Positions 14,428 to 28,310 of a DNA stretch of 64,000 nt are shown here, in pieces. The notes beneath the pieces were generated by a model. The model was not told the origin of the DNA. It searched no databases and saw only the letters and a list, made by a program, of their open reading frames with translations. Origin of the DNA: Camelus ferus (lineage: Eukaryota); contig NC_045696.1 in the NCBI RefSeq assembly GCF_009834535.1, forward strand, positions 65,102,001 through 65,166,000, written 5' to 3'. Each line of letters opens with the position of its first letter. Within the stretch, counting starts at the first letter, position 1. A program made the position numbers and the translations under genes.

Positions 14428-14950
14428 TACAATAGCCAAGACATGGAAACAACCTAAATGTCTATTGACAGATGACTGGATAAGAAGATGTGGTATATAT
14501 ATTACAATGGAATATAACCCAGCCATAAAAAAGAATGAAATAGTGCCATTTGCAGCAACACAGATGGACCTAGAGATTATCATATTTAGTGAAGTAAATC
14601 AGAGAAAGACAAATATCATTTATATGTAGAATCTTAAAAAAAAAGATACAAATTTTATTTACAAACCAAAAATAGACTCATGAACAAACAAACTATGGTT
14701 ACCAAAAGGGAAGGGCAGGGGAGGGATAAATTAGGAATTTGGGATAAACAGATACACATTACTATATATAAAATAGATAAACAATAAGGACCTACTGTGT
14801 AGCACAGGGAACTATATTCAGTTTCTTGTAATAACATGTAATGGAAAAAAATCTGAAAATAGTATGTATATATGTATAACTGAATCACTTTGCTGTACAT
14901 CTGAAACTAACACTGTAAATCAACTACACTTCAATAAAAAATAAAAGAAA
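14428..14950 (+). mobile_element. L1 3' end (artiodactyl-type) with A-tail
   Basis: caatagccaagacatggaaacaacctaaatgtc...tatagcacagggaactatattca-like...caactacacttcaataaaaaataaaa. Confidence 0.85.
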
Positions 14951-17316
14951 ATATTAGTATATATAAAGTGCAGATATATAATAAGTGCTGAATTAACATT
15001 AGCTGTGGTTATGAGGACAGTGGCTACTGAGACAAACAATACTCATGCGATGGTACCTGGAACCTGGTTTATTATAGTTGTTTAATTTATAAATAACAGC
15101 AACTCCTGAGATTTCACTTTTTTAGACTTTTAAGAAAGGCATTATTTTAGTTTAAGTTTTCCAAGAGGAATTCATGACACTTAAAATAAAAGCGGTTATT
15201 GAATATTAAAAGTTGCAAACAGGGTCTCCGAGCTATTATAATAGCAAGAAATGCCTGCATATTCTGGTAACTGCATTTGCAACAGAGGTACCAGTGAAAA
15301 GAATGTAATAGAAAAATATTAAATGGAAAGCCTGCCCTGGAAAGACCCGTACCTAACCTTACAAAGAAAGGATGGATTTATTTTTAATAAGACTTCAAAG
15401 CCCAGTTATATATATTTGGTCTTTTTCTTTTCTAATGGCACAATCTTGCATTTAAAAATAAAGCAAAAAAAAGAAATAGAGCAAATACTGTATCTTATTA
15501 CAAAGTTGGTAGCTTATGGTCATGTTATGAGCAAGCGGAGCATTTTATTTGTGATAAAATAATATACAGGACTGCAGGGCTTTCTACAGAAATATGAGCC
15601 GTGCATCTCAGGCAGCTGTTAAAATGACAGCCTTCACTGTGTCAAGTCACTCAGTGACTAGTGTCCATCGTATGGGTGTGTTCTGTTCACATTAACGCGT
15701 TGAACTGGGGATGCCAAGTGAATGCTACGCCTTAAAGTAACACATAATATGGGCTATGTTATTAGGAACTTGCACTTGTCCTTGTGTCTGTGAATGAAGA
15801 AGAATATGCTCTCATCAAATCTCTACCTCACTTTTACTTTGAAAGCTGGGATAAATCCCTCTGCTTCAGTGTGCTATAGATCAAGAAGTGTCAAAACATG
15901 AATAAAAGGAAACATCCAGAAGCAGAAGTGGAGGAAGAAGAGGGGAGAGGGAGGGTGAAGGGGACAAAAAGGAAGAAATTGAAACATATATCAGAATAGA
16001 GGGAAAACAGAAAACTGATTTGAAGAAAGAGTACTAACAAATCATACAGAAATACTGCTCTGTTCAGAGCATGATTTCCTTTGACCATTTATCCAAAACT
16101 ATTATGGTATCGCACATGTTAGAGGAGCAATAGTATTTATTTAAAAAATATCCTGTGGGTGAAAAAAGAGCAAGTTTTTATTTTTTAATACTCTAAAGAG
16201 GAAAGAGCATAAGAATGATCAGGGCAACCCAGAAGAGCCAGATGAAAAAGTAACGTTGTTGATCATGAGGGTATGGCATCATCAAGACACTGAACATTCT
16301 TGAAATCTGGATATTGAAACTTTCTTGGAAAAAACAGTGTAAGATTAAATCGGAAAGAAAGAGAAATCAGTTCCATATCAACAGCTGGCCATTAAATCAC
16401 GCCCCCTGAAAACGATGCCTGTATCACAAGCACAGCCCACAAGGTCCTGAATGAGACAGTTAGATAGTATCATCCCAAATTGCAGTCCGAGGATTTGTTT
16501 CCAGTTGTTGAATCTGAGTTTCTGTGAAACAGTTCTGGGGAGCTGGGAGGACACAAAAGATAGGACATTGGATTTTTTTGTCTGTTTTTTTCACTTTATT
16601 CTCAATCTGGAAATTACTCCTCATCGAAATAACTAGATTGTCAACTTTGCTCTTATAACTGTAATGGGCCAGAATGCATAAAACAGAGTTCTTGGGAAGG
16701 AAATACTAAACCACAAAGAGATTTTTTTTTAATTCTTAAGCCTAGAATAATAAATCTATTTTCTAATGAAATGATAGCTTATTGTAACAGAAAGTGGTGG
16801 AAAAGCCCCTCTGTAAATATCATTTTAGTTCTTTGAACTACTGCAAATCGAGAGACTGGGGTTCTTTGCAAGTGCTAATAAGGAACTGATTATTAGAAAG
16901 AAAAAAAACTTAATCTTGCATGGAATAGGAATAATTTGAGAAACACAGTTTTGGTGCTACGGAATTTATGTAACTATTGAAGATCAGAATCTGGACAGTT
17001 CCCTAGAAATGTTTCTTAAAGGTTTTTCAAAATTGCTTAATGGTATATGATTGGAAATTAATACCAGAACTCCAAATTCTAGTAGTGGCAGCTGTAAAAA
17101 ATGCAATTAATTTTTACTGTACATTAAAGTATATAGGATTCTCATATGTGGGATTAGTAATTCTTGTTGTTTGTTTAGTCTTCTGAAGTTGTTAAATTAA
17201 GCTCCCCACAAAAGGATAGCCCTTCTCAACATGTTAGTTAGCTTAACCAAGGGAGCTTAACCACCTTTCAATTGCAGTCAAAATAATGATACTTGAAATA
17301 TGTTAGATATTGACTA

Positions 17317-17633
17317 CAGTTGTCCCTCAGTGTCTGCAGGGAATTTGTTCCAGGAATCCCTGCAGATACTAAAATCTGCAGATACTCAAGTCCCTTATAA
17401 AATGACATAGGAGTATTTGCAAATAATCTATGCACATCCTCCTGTATACTTTAAATCATCTCTAGGTTACTTATAATACCCAATGCAATGTGAATGCTAT
17501 GTAAATAGTTGCCAGAGCAGGGCAAATTCAAGTTTTCCTTGTTGGAACTTTCTGGAATTTTTTATTGACTAATTTCCATCCACAGTTGGTTGACTCTGAG
17601 GATGCAGAACTCACAGGTACAGAAAGCCAGCTG
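17317..17633 (+). mobile_element. MER2-like (TcMar-Tigger) non-autonomous DNA transposon
   Basis: Begins TA|cagttgtccctcagtgtctgcagg and ends cagaaagccagctg (terminal inverted repeats). Contains the internal MER2 phrase tatactttaaatcatctctaggttacttataatacc. Confidence 0.8.
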
Positions 17634-18698
17634 CATATTAGGGAAGCAGCAGGTCTCATACATAATGGTGCTTCAGCCAGGTTTGTTCCGAAGGAATTAA
17701 GACGGTGTTTGCAAGGCATCAGAACAACTCATAAAAGTTTGAAACGCTGCCAACCATTTCTTATGTAATCTGTGCAGTACAACTCAGTTTGACTGATTCT
17801 TCTTGACTAACCTGACTGGCTGTATTCATGTCATGTAAACATAGTTAGACATTTTTCCAGGTAAAGAGATTGAATAATACATTTTTCCCTAGACACTCAT
17901 ATACTTGATGGGCATACTATTAACTATTCATTCACTGTCAGATTAAGACTGATATATATCATGATCATGATTTAAATCCTCTGGCCTGGAATTCAGGAGG
18001 TCTGACACAGGTTAGCCTGTCAGTCTCATCCCTCACCACCTCTCAGTTTTACCCCATTCTGCCAACAATCACTGTTTCTCTTATACGACCTGAACTTCAT
18101 CTCTTCATTCTTATCAGCGCATCCATTTCTCTGAACCCTCTGCATCCTTCAAGACCAAATCAACATCAAAGAGCTACTTTACGTATCGTTTCTATTTAGT
18201 TCTTCTGTGGCCCCGTCTACCCTGTGATTTGTGTGCACGTGTGTGCTCTCTTTCTTAGCATTGAGCTCCGTGAGGGCAGGAATACAGAGGTCATTTCTCG
18301 CAGTTGCCAGAGAATCTAGCAGAGCACCTGACACAGAGTAAATATGTACCTGTTCAGAGAATAAATGAACAAGTTATTGTTGAAAGAAATTCATCTTTGG
18401 ATATTAGTCTGCAAAAGAGTAATTGGCATTTGGGGAGAGAAAAAAATGAAAAAAAAAAAAGAATCAGAATGATACAGTATTAGTTAAGCCATATTAAAAG
18501 GATCCATAAATGTTTTGTGAACCAGTTCATCCCATCAAAGAAGTCCAGGATACTCTGCCTCTCCTAAGTCTACATATGGAGGTCAGGTCCATTCAGTTCA
18601 GGAAGTTTTCTCAACTCTCCTCCCCATCATTTAGTAATTGATAGCTTTAGCTCTAATCAAGACACTTCTCTTCCAGAGAACAACAAATCCTTCTAAAA

Positions 18699-18990
18699 CA
18701 GCACTGTGTATGGAAAAATAATATGAACTACATATGTAATTTGAAATTTCCTGGTAATCGTATTTCAAAAATAAAAACAAGCATGAAAGAAATGTTACTA
18801 ACATATTCAACTTAGTATATTCAAAAGATTGTCATTTCAGTATGTAATCAATGTAAACGTTATTACTGTGATACTTAATTTTTTGTGTGGTCTTTAAAAT
18901 TCAATGTTTATTTTATACTTATAGCACACCCGAATCAGGACTAGCCACATTTTAAGTGCTCAGTGACCATGTATGGCAAAATGGATGCTG
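18699..18990 (+). mobile_element. MER33/MER3-like hAT-Charlie element
   Basis: cagcactg...tatgtaatttgaaatttcctgg...ggactagccacattttaagtgctca. Confidence 0.65.
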
Positions 18991-19244
18991 TAGGAGGTAG
19001 CTCAGTCCTAGGATGCTCTCATCAGATTTTCCTATCCTCTCACCAACGCTGTCTATACCTCTTCAATATAAGCCAATTCTCTCTTAGTACAGTCCTAAGA
19101 CTAGTATTTCTGACTGTTGGGGAATTGGTGGCTCTTCCCATGCAAATAAGATATCTGGCTTTAATAGTTACTTCCTTGTTTATAGTTTACACTCAGGGTA
19201 TTTGTTCCTGTAATCACACACACAGAATTATGTGTAATTGTTAT

Positions 19245-19925
19245 GTTGTATAAAATACACACAACATAAAATGTACCATTTTAACCAATTTGAGAGTACA
19301 TTTTGGTGCCATTAAGATGTTCATGATGTAGTGCAACCATCACCACCCATCCATCCCTGAAACTTTTTCATCCCCAACTGAAGCGCTGTACCCGTTAAGT
19401 TTCTACTCCCATTCTCCCTTCCCTCAGCCTCTGGCAACCACCGTTCAACTTTCTGTTTCTATGAATTTGACTACTCCTGAATGGAATCATAAAATATTTG
19501 TCCTTTTATGCCTAGCTTATTTCACTTAGCCTTAGGTCCTCAGGGTTCATCCATGCTTGTGCCAGAATTTCCTTCCCTTTAAGGGTCAAACAATATTTCA
19601 TTGTATGTATATATGTACCACATTTTGCTTATCTGTTCATTGGTTGATAGAGATCTTGGTTGCTTTCACGTTTTAGCTTTGAACACGGGTATGCAAATAT
19701 CTGTTTACATCCCTGCTTTCATTCCTCTTGGGTATACACCAACAGTATGATTTCTGGATCATATGGCAATTTTACGCTTGATTTTTTGAGGAAATCATCA
19801 TATTACTTTTCACAGTGGCTGTCCATTTTTAAATTCCCACCAGCGATGTACAGTGATTCCAGTTTCTCCACATACTTGCCAACACTTGTTGTTTAATTAT
19901 TTATTTTTATAATAGGCATCCTGAA
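19245..19925 (-). mobile_element. L1MB-like 3' fragment
   Basis: Antisense L1 3' end (acataaaatgtaccattttaacc...gtgcaaccatcacc...attcccaccagcgatgtac). Confidence 0.8.
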
Positions 19926-22058
19926 TTTGTTTTCATTACCATTTGTGGATGACCTTAGGAATATGTTGTAGAGGTGAGTCCAACTTGGATCTAGATTAAT
20001 ATATGGAGAGAACTTAAACATTGTCTGGAATAAGGCGATCACTGGTACCATTTATGTGATGAACTGTTCTTCTGCTTTTATTAGGAGCTTTTGACTAGGC
20101 CCTGGAGTCCTGTGCCCCATCTGTCTCCGCCGCTACTCACCCGCTGACTTTAGGGCAGTTGCTTAGTTTCTTTTATATTTAAAAAGTGGCAATAAAAATT
20201 TCTTACCTACTTTATTCACCGAGTTATTCTAATTATCAAATGAGTTTAAAATGGCTTTGAACTTCCATTTGGGCAGGTTTTGTCATTCCTCAACAGGATC
20301 CAGGAAAATCTCCACAGTCAAATGCCAGCCTGGGTTCTGTACTAAAATCTTGTCCCTCTGATCATTCAGTGCCTGAGAAGAAGTCCAAGTCCCAGTTAGG
20401 GTTAAATGTAAAATCCTGTCTGCTGGTACAAATCATTAAAAGACAATTTGCCTATAAGAATAAAAAATAAAATGACTTTGAATACTCTGAAGTAAGAGCC
20501 TTTTTGGAGGAATGAAAAGTTTGTTTAAGACATTATCGTTGTGGTTATCATACACATCACAGTGATTTGGGTTTACACTTTGGACTTACAGTGCACCGTA
20601 TAGAACACTTACGCCTTCTGTTTTCTACTTGTATTTTGTGTCAGTGTTTTATATGTGCCATTCTGAACAGCATAGTTTCAGAGCGTTAATGCAACTATCA
20701 AAGGAATTTATATTACTTGAAGGGAAGTGTTTTGTCCTTCCTTTCTTTGCTTTCTAATTGGATCAGGCTTTTTAAATTACATTTTAACTCTAAAATTTGA
20801 TTGAGATTCACAGCCCTTGATTGGTCAGCTTCTCAATTTAGATGGTGTTACTGACATCCCAGAGCCTGTAAGTAACAATGAAAATTAAAGCCCTAGAAAT
20901 CAAATTGAATCCATTGATCTTATTACACTTAATTTTCCAGCTAAGGTAGATAAGCTAGTTTTTTTTTCCAAAACCCAGAATTTTATTACTCCATTTAATG
21001 AAATATTAGAAGATTAGTGAATGAATTGTCCCAGAAGAAGAGCAAAGGGCACACTTTGCTCTGACACTAGTGGCTTTTGTTCTTTTTCAAAGACTGAAAA
21101 TTTTTTAGATGCCAATTTGGAAAACTCTCTGGGGGCTTGATATTAGGATGGCCAGTAAGGTTAAGTTATTAGAAAAGTTATCTGCAATGATAATTATAAT
21201 GGCAACATTGTGTGTTATCATAACTTAAGTATTTTATGTGTAAGTGAGAAACAGCAAAAAAGAGATAAAAGTTAAAAGCAAATGTCTTGGGTAGAATCCA
21301 CAACATAAGGAAACTCAAAAAGAAATTGCAACAATAAGAAATTCAGATACAAAAATAATAAAATATGTTATTTAATGGAAATTAAAAATAGTCTTCAATT
21401 ACCTCTAAGTTAAAGTTTAAGAAATTTGCAGGTCAAAATCTATTGCATTTTTTTAAGGTTTTTGTTTTGTTTTGTTTTTTCATTCTTTGAGACTGATTTA
21501 GCAGTCCATAGTCTGGTCTGAGGATGTATGGGTTTTCACAGTCAATTAGGTGGTGGAGTAGGGAAAAACTGCTTTATGGCATCATATAAATAGCTTTCCA
21601 ATGGAATCACTTCATTACATCTTCTGAGTTCCCCTGTGCACTAACCAGTTATAAATAAATGGCTGGCCAGACTTTGTACATATAAACTTATTCTTTAATT
21701 TGGGAGATTTTAGACTCTTTGCCCATAACAGAAATACAGGTAAGAGACATTAGACTTGAGGAACTTCAAGATTTCAATAGGGTCTTACATTAGGATCTTC
21801 TGTCTCTTGTAAAAGAAAGGCAAAAACTTGAATGACCTACTGGCATCATCTGAAAATTACAGGATCAATTTTTCTGAACTAGTTTCCTCTGTACACTTTG
21901 TTAGTTAGGCGAAAGGCAGTTAGTCCTTTCGGGATATTGGAGGGGCCACTCAGTGCAAGAATTGAACTATTTAAAAAAATCTCATTTAAAAATATGTATG
22001 TATGATTGTGCATGCAATACTTAACAAACATGCTTTTATATATATTTTGTATGAGCCG

Positions 22059-22222
22059 CAGTGTGGTTTGGGTTTTGCCAGCATCAGCATCTCGTTAAAA
22101 AAAAAGGCACTTATTAAAAGTGTAGAATCTCAAGCCCACTATAGACCTTCTGAATCAGAATCTGCATTTTAACAATGTCTCTAGGTGACAGAAATGCACA
22201 TTAACATTTAAGAAGCTCTACT
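22059..22222 (+). mobile_element. MER5A-like hAT-Charlie element
   Basis: agaatctcaagccc...gaccttctgaatcagaatctgcattttaacaa...tgcacattaacatttaagaagc. Confidence 0.7.
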
Positions 22223-23601
22223 ACTGAGATGTGGGAGAGACCTATTTCCTCATCACTGAACTAGTCTGAGGAGAAGCTTACTTGTATCTTAACTCTCTTA
22301 ATCCAGTTTTGGATTTAGAATGTACCTTCAGCCAAAACAGTTGATCACACAGTGTTCTCTGAAATCTTTTATTCAAAATTCTCGTAAAGAGATCAGCTCC
22401 TTCATTTTTCTTATACATCTTTGGATGCTTACTGTATGCCAGACATTTACTCCTCATGAAAATGCTGTTTTTCAATTATGAAAGTGTATCCAATTTGACC
22501 AAGCTAGAAAGTGGCTGGATCAGGATGTGGACCCAGGCAGCGTGGCTCCAAATTGATGTTCTTAACCACCATACGACGTCTATTCAGTCATAGCCATGCT
22601 TGGGTCCCCAGCACCAGGGCAAAGCCCAAAAGAGGAAACAATTTGATTGGAAATAACATTTCAGATTGCCAAGGCATCGTACTGTTGGTTCAATAGATGG
22701 AGGTACGTAACTGTCCCTAAGTCAAGGGTGAAAATACATGCTGATATTTAAGTAAATATTTCGTATGCTCATATAGTCACATTTGTCTCCCAACAGGAAA
22801 ATGAATCTGTTTTAATGTACTCAATATGCTAATAGATCCTATCTTACAAGAATAACTATGAATTGAAAATCATCGCTCTTTCTATGCAGTAATCTAGCAA
22901 GAGCCGCCATAATTCACAGATGACTGAGCTTTAGAGCCAGACAAAACAACAGGAAGAAAAAGAACTGTTTATATAGATGTGAACTGAAATCTCACGGTTG
23001 CATAATCACATTTCCTATTGATGAATAACTAAGAAGCCACAGAGAATGTTACTACCTTTGGTGAAGGAAATTTGGAGAAATTGAGGAGACTGCATCTTCT
23101 CTGCCCTCCTTCCCATGATCATTTCTTATGTAGGATACCCTGAAAGTTGACGGTAAATATTTGTCAACTTGATGCAACATGTCATATTCCTTATAGCAGG
23201 GTAAATATTAGAATCATGTCAATAAGGATTTTTTTCCTACCCAAACTAGACTGCGGGCTAAAGACTGAAAAACACAATATCTCTTTCTGTCCTATAAATG
23301 TTATCCTCCCAGTGTCTTCTCTAACTCTAGATGAAATCCTGTTCTGTAGGTCAGTAGACAGTAAAGACTTAAGCCTTATCTATGACGGAACAGAAGCCAT
23401 CCATATGTCTATAGTTCAAGAAGACTTAAAAGGTTGTGACTGCCAGAACTGGAAGAGAATGATGTGTGTCCATTAAATATTTTAAGCTAAAAGTCATTTT
23501 TACGATGGGAAGAAAAGCTAGTGATGAGATGGAAAATACTATAAAATCAAATTTGAGATGTTTATTGAGGCCAAATTGATGTCCATTATTGTAATAAGTA
23601 A

Positions 23602-23742
<141 letters not shown>

Positions 23743-26700
23743 CTGAGAACTCTTCCCTTCGACCCTCTCTCATTCCTTCCCTTTCTCCCTCTGCCCTTTA
23801 CCCATTTCCTTCCAATAAATCCACCCAAGGAGAAGAAAATAAAATGGCAACCCAGGACCTAGTGGCTAAGATTCTGCACTCAAAATCTTCCTTTGTGTAG
23901 GACCAGAAAAATTGAACCAAAGCTAGCCTGTTGCAATGTGGTAGAAAATGCACATGCACAAAGATTAGCACACATAAAAGCAGAAGAAAAAATAAATCAA
24001 GACTCCACAAGCATTAAAATAAACTGTGTTGTTATTAACAGAGGGCTAATTGTAATGAAGACTTTACTGTAATAAAGATGAAATAAAGTTATTACCTTAA
24101 AGCAAAGGGTTTTGGAGAATTGAACTTACAAATAGATGTAATACCCCAAATAGTTTAAACTCTGGATAATGCTGTGATGTGTGCTTTGTTCTGAATTTGT
24201 ATTTTCTTTGGGCATCTGGAATTGAGACATAATTACATTATGTTTCCAGGATTTTTTTTTTTTACCATGATATTGAACATGTATGAATTATAGATTCTCC
24301 TAATGCCTGTAAGGTATGTAGCCAGGAATCATTTAACACCAAGAAAAGCTTAAAATTCTATTCTTGAAATTGATATTTAAGATTGTTTTAGGCAAAGGAT
24401 AGTCTTATGTTGAATTTAATGCTATTAGCTGATTTCATTCCTTCCTAAAAATGTGTTCCTAGGAGAGTATCATTTTTTTTCAAAGGTATTAATTCAGGAT
24501 CTCACCTTTTTTCTTTAGCCATTTAGAAAAAAAAAAAATCTTGCTCTAAGGCTGAATTAACTTTTAGGAATTCTTTATCATTGCCATGCCTTGGGCAGTG
24601 ATAAGTTATGGGTTCTTACCATTTGGCCTGATTTTTTACTTTGTAGACACTTTTGAGATTATAGGCACCATGTCTAGCTGTCTTAAGAGAGTTTTATACC
24701 ATCTCTTGCAGCAGGAAGGACAGAAGAGGGGTTTTACAAAAGGAAATAAGTCCCAAGAAATTGGTGAAAACAAATTGTATTTGCCTTTGTACCTTACCAG
24801 AGTTTTCTGTCTAGCATTTTCCAAACTTCACTGAGACATTGGGGGGCATGACTGTGAAATTTCTAACTCACTACCTTATGAAGCCAGTGGATTGCTTGTT
24901 ACTGTATATCCTCTTTTATAAATCTAGTTGACAATAAGTCTGTCTCCTGGAACACAGAAGGGAACTTGTACTACACTGAATTTTCAAGGGACGTAGAGAA
25001 ACAACATGGAATTAATAGCTATGGCTCCAACAGACGGCTGTGTGAGTGACTTAAAGTAGTTAAAAACAAAACAAAAACTCAGTGTAAGACTAGCCAAATT
25101 GCATATTTAGGGATACTAAAGTATTAGGAAAATGTTAGGGAAGAAACGAACTTTATACAATTGCCTTGGGAAAAAATAGATCTACTTAGTCCTACAAATC
25201 AGGAATGGTGTAGAGACATCCAAATCAAACAAAACAAAACAGAATGTTTAAAAACGTATGCAGATTTCTGGATATTATCAGTGAGAAGACTTAGCATGTT
25301 ACTTCTCCTCTAGCTCTACCGTCCAGCATGTATTGTTCCAAATACTCCCTAAAATATATACACTTTGCAGAAGCTCTAGGCCCTCACTTCAATGACCTTG
25401 CCGGTGGTTGCTGTATTCTTTCAAAGTCAGTGTAGTTTTCCCTCACTCTACACAATCATTATTCTTCAGCAGTGGTCCATGTCCTTCACCAAGTATTCTG
25501 TTTATGTTATCAGGAGGTTAGCAGAAAATGAAATGGAGGGATTTCTCTAATTGGTGACAAAGAAGAAAAGCTATGCATCTAGGCAAGGATTTTGAACACA
25601 CATTTGCAAGAGATATTTGTTTAACCAAAATATTTGGAAAGTAATGAATAAAGACATTTAAATTAAAGAGAAAAAAAGGAATGTTACTCTTCTAGGCAAA
25701 GAAAACCCTGATAAAAAGAAATACAGAAATCCAAATCTGGTGGTATTTCTCCTTGTCACTCGATTCAACTTGATTATCAATGCACCTGTCACTTCCAGGA
25801 CCAAACAAATCCCAGGCACAAAGCCTTATTTCCCTTGAAAAAATAAAAAAGAGGCTTCTACAAAATGGGTCATAGGCTCATTTAGCATAAAATGACTTGA
25901 GCTTTCTGATGATACACAGATAAACAAACACACATCACAAGCTCGTGAGTGACACAACTGACAGTTTTACAAAATGTTATCCATTACACTGATGATTTCA
26001 TGACAGAACATATTTAGTAGAGTTAACTATTATGAAAAATATGATAGCGATGAATCCCCAACAAAATTCTTCCCTCTATTTTCAATGGCTGTTCATCCTT
26101 TAGCATTTAGACATTTGTCCCCATCTTGGTAGAAGTGAAGAAACAATTCTAACTACCCAATTTGTCTATTGTTTTTTCTCCATATCATTTAAGCAAATGT
26201 TCACCACAGTAAGATGTTTTGGAAATTAGCTTTGTTTAAGTTAGAATTAATTTCAGAGAATAATTAGAAACCTGATGTTCTTTTACATGTGAACCTGACA
26301 GAAACTATGGTTTAAGCACAGGGTGAACATTCGCTTAACTGCTGCTTGCTTTTTAAGTACATAAAACCTTTAATAGAAAAAGTCAGTATTCACCATCTAG
26401 GTTCTGAAAACATTACCATATATACACATGTAAGTATCCTATTTCCTCAAAGAATCTGGGTCAGTTTAAATAGTTTGTTTTTCCAGCTTATTCCAAGTAA
26501 AATAATTCCTTGATTTTCATCATTCCAACTTCTGGGTCTCAATTCATTCATCACTTTTCTTCTATAAGTGAAGTGTGCTTTTTTTAATGCATTGGGATAG
26601 TCTCAGGAAAAATGTGATTTTAGTAAAGCTTTGTAATTGACTGTGTACATATAAGGTAAAGTATGTTTATTCTATGAGTCCTTATTGTAACATGTTTCAG

Positions 26701-28310
26701 AGTCAATGGGCTTAAGAATGAAAACAAAACTTTTGAGACTCTCACAAAATAGTTTTTTGGTCAATATACCTTACTTGATGTTTAAGCTAGAAGCTTGAGG
26801 TATAGAAACAAAATGGTGCTCAAGTTCCATCTGCTAATTTTTGTGCTTCGAGTAACTGGAGGACAGCAAGCCAACCTATTGATCATAGTAATAGTTTGGG
26901 TTTTGAATTTTACATACGAATTTCATAGCACATCTTTAGCCATTAAGGACTGACACAATAAAGAGACGTGGATTTGATGCAAATCATGATGCTTTACGGG
27001 CCTCATTCTAATCCAGATAGCTTGTTAGAATTCTTCTGTTTAAGAAAATGGCAATGCTATCGCTAGGTATTATGTGTAGGTTGGTGGTCCTGTGGTGCCA
27101 CTAGCAAGAGAAAAGAGTATTAAGACAAAAGTAAAGGATGAAGAATGGCTTATTGTGTATTGAAAAGTTTGGAGGTCCTGATTTGGGACCACTAATCCCC
27201 CGGTGAAGAAGCATGACTACATTAAGAGTAATTTTTTTTAAACATGGACCCAGAAATAGCAAATCTGCTCTTCCACCTTCATGGCTTTGTCAACAAGGCC
27301 ATGCTCTGAGAAGGTTTTCCATGGTGTTGCTTAATTTCATCTACACAAGGTGAAACACGTTCAAACATAAAAATCCCCCTGCTCATTTTAATATCATAAA
27401 AAGGCTGAGATTATTTCTCTGTCATGGAATTGTAAATAGCATTTTTTAAATCAGAATCACATTTAAAATAGTGGATTGTTCTACAAATATATATGTGTAT
27501 ATATACATATGCTTCTGAAATAAGGATATATAGAGTTTTTATTTGATTTGTGGTCTTTAGTCCTAGGTAATCAAAAATAAAGAGATTTGAATGCAAAACT
27601 TTATATATAAATGTATATTTCTAATGATAGTATAAATTGTCACTTTATAATAAAAAGAGAAACAGGTGAGAACAGTCATCAAAGCACATGCTCCTTCAGA
27701 ATGTCAGTGATTCTGAATCCCCTCTTATGCAGAGGTAGTTATTTTTTATTTCTAAAGAGTTATCTGAAAAAGCTGTACTTCCACAAATTCTATTATGTCA
27801 TGTCAGACTGAAGTATATAACTGAGGGCAAGGAAAAAAAAATCCTAAATGCAGATTTTTATTTTTCAGAATTTTTCCTGGAGTCCAAGTTAAAAATTCAA
27901 TATTTAAAATCTAAATTAAGTGAAAATAGTTAGTGTCCAGAGATGATATATTGAGCTTCAGTAACAAATGGAAGTAAACATACATTTAACACTACGATAA
28001 TAACATTAAAATAATGTCATAATAGAAATTGCATCATTAGGTCTTTTATTAGTTGGAAAGAATGAGTTGATGTTTGTCTTTGCTCCAAGCACAACCTAAA
28101 GACAGTGGCATTAATTTCACTTAAAGTTGTTCAAAAATCCAAAATATACTCCCATGACTAGAACTGGTTTTAGCTCCATTACAAGGTTAAATGTTCCAGT
28201 CTTAAGAAATTATTGAGACCGAAATGTTTAATAAACACGCTGTATGAGAAATTGAACAAATTAATGTTTCGTTTTTACATTAAAGCACAGATTATTCAAA
28301 TCATTGTTTT
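23743..28310 (+). other. FGF12: Probable long FGF12 3' UTR (3' end approximate)
   Basis: Follows the stop codon, is AT-rich and has no recognisable interspersed repeats for ~4.5 kb. Proximal AATAAA signals lie at 24018, 24071 and 24082. Distal AATAAA (28230) and ATTAAA (28279) are followed by a T-rich tract. Confidence 0.6.
28230..28284 (+). terminator. Candidate distal polyadenylation signals of FGF12
   Basis: AATAAA at 28230-28235 and ATTAAA at 28279-28284, with downstream tgtttttt. They sit at the end of the repeat-free tract. Confidence 0.45.
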
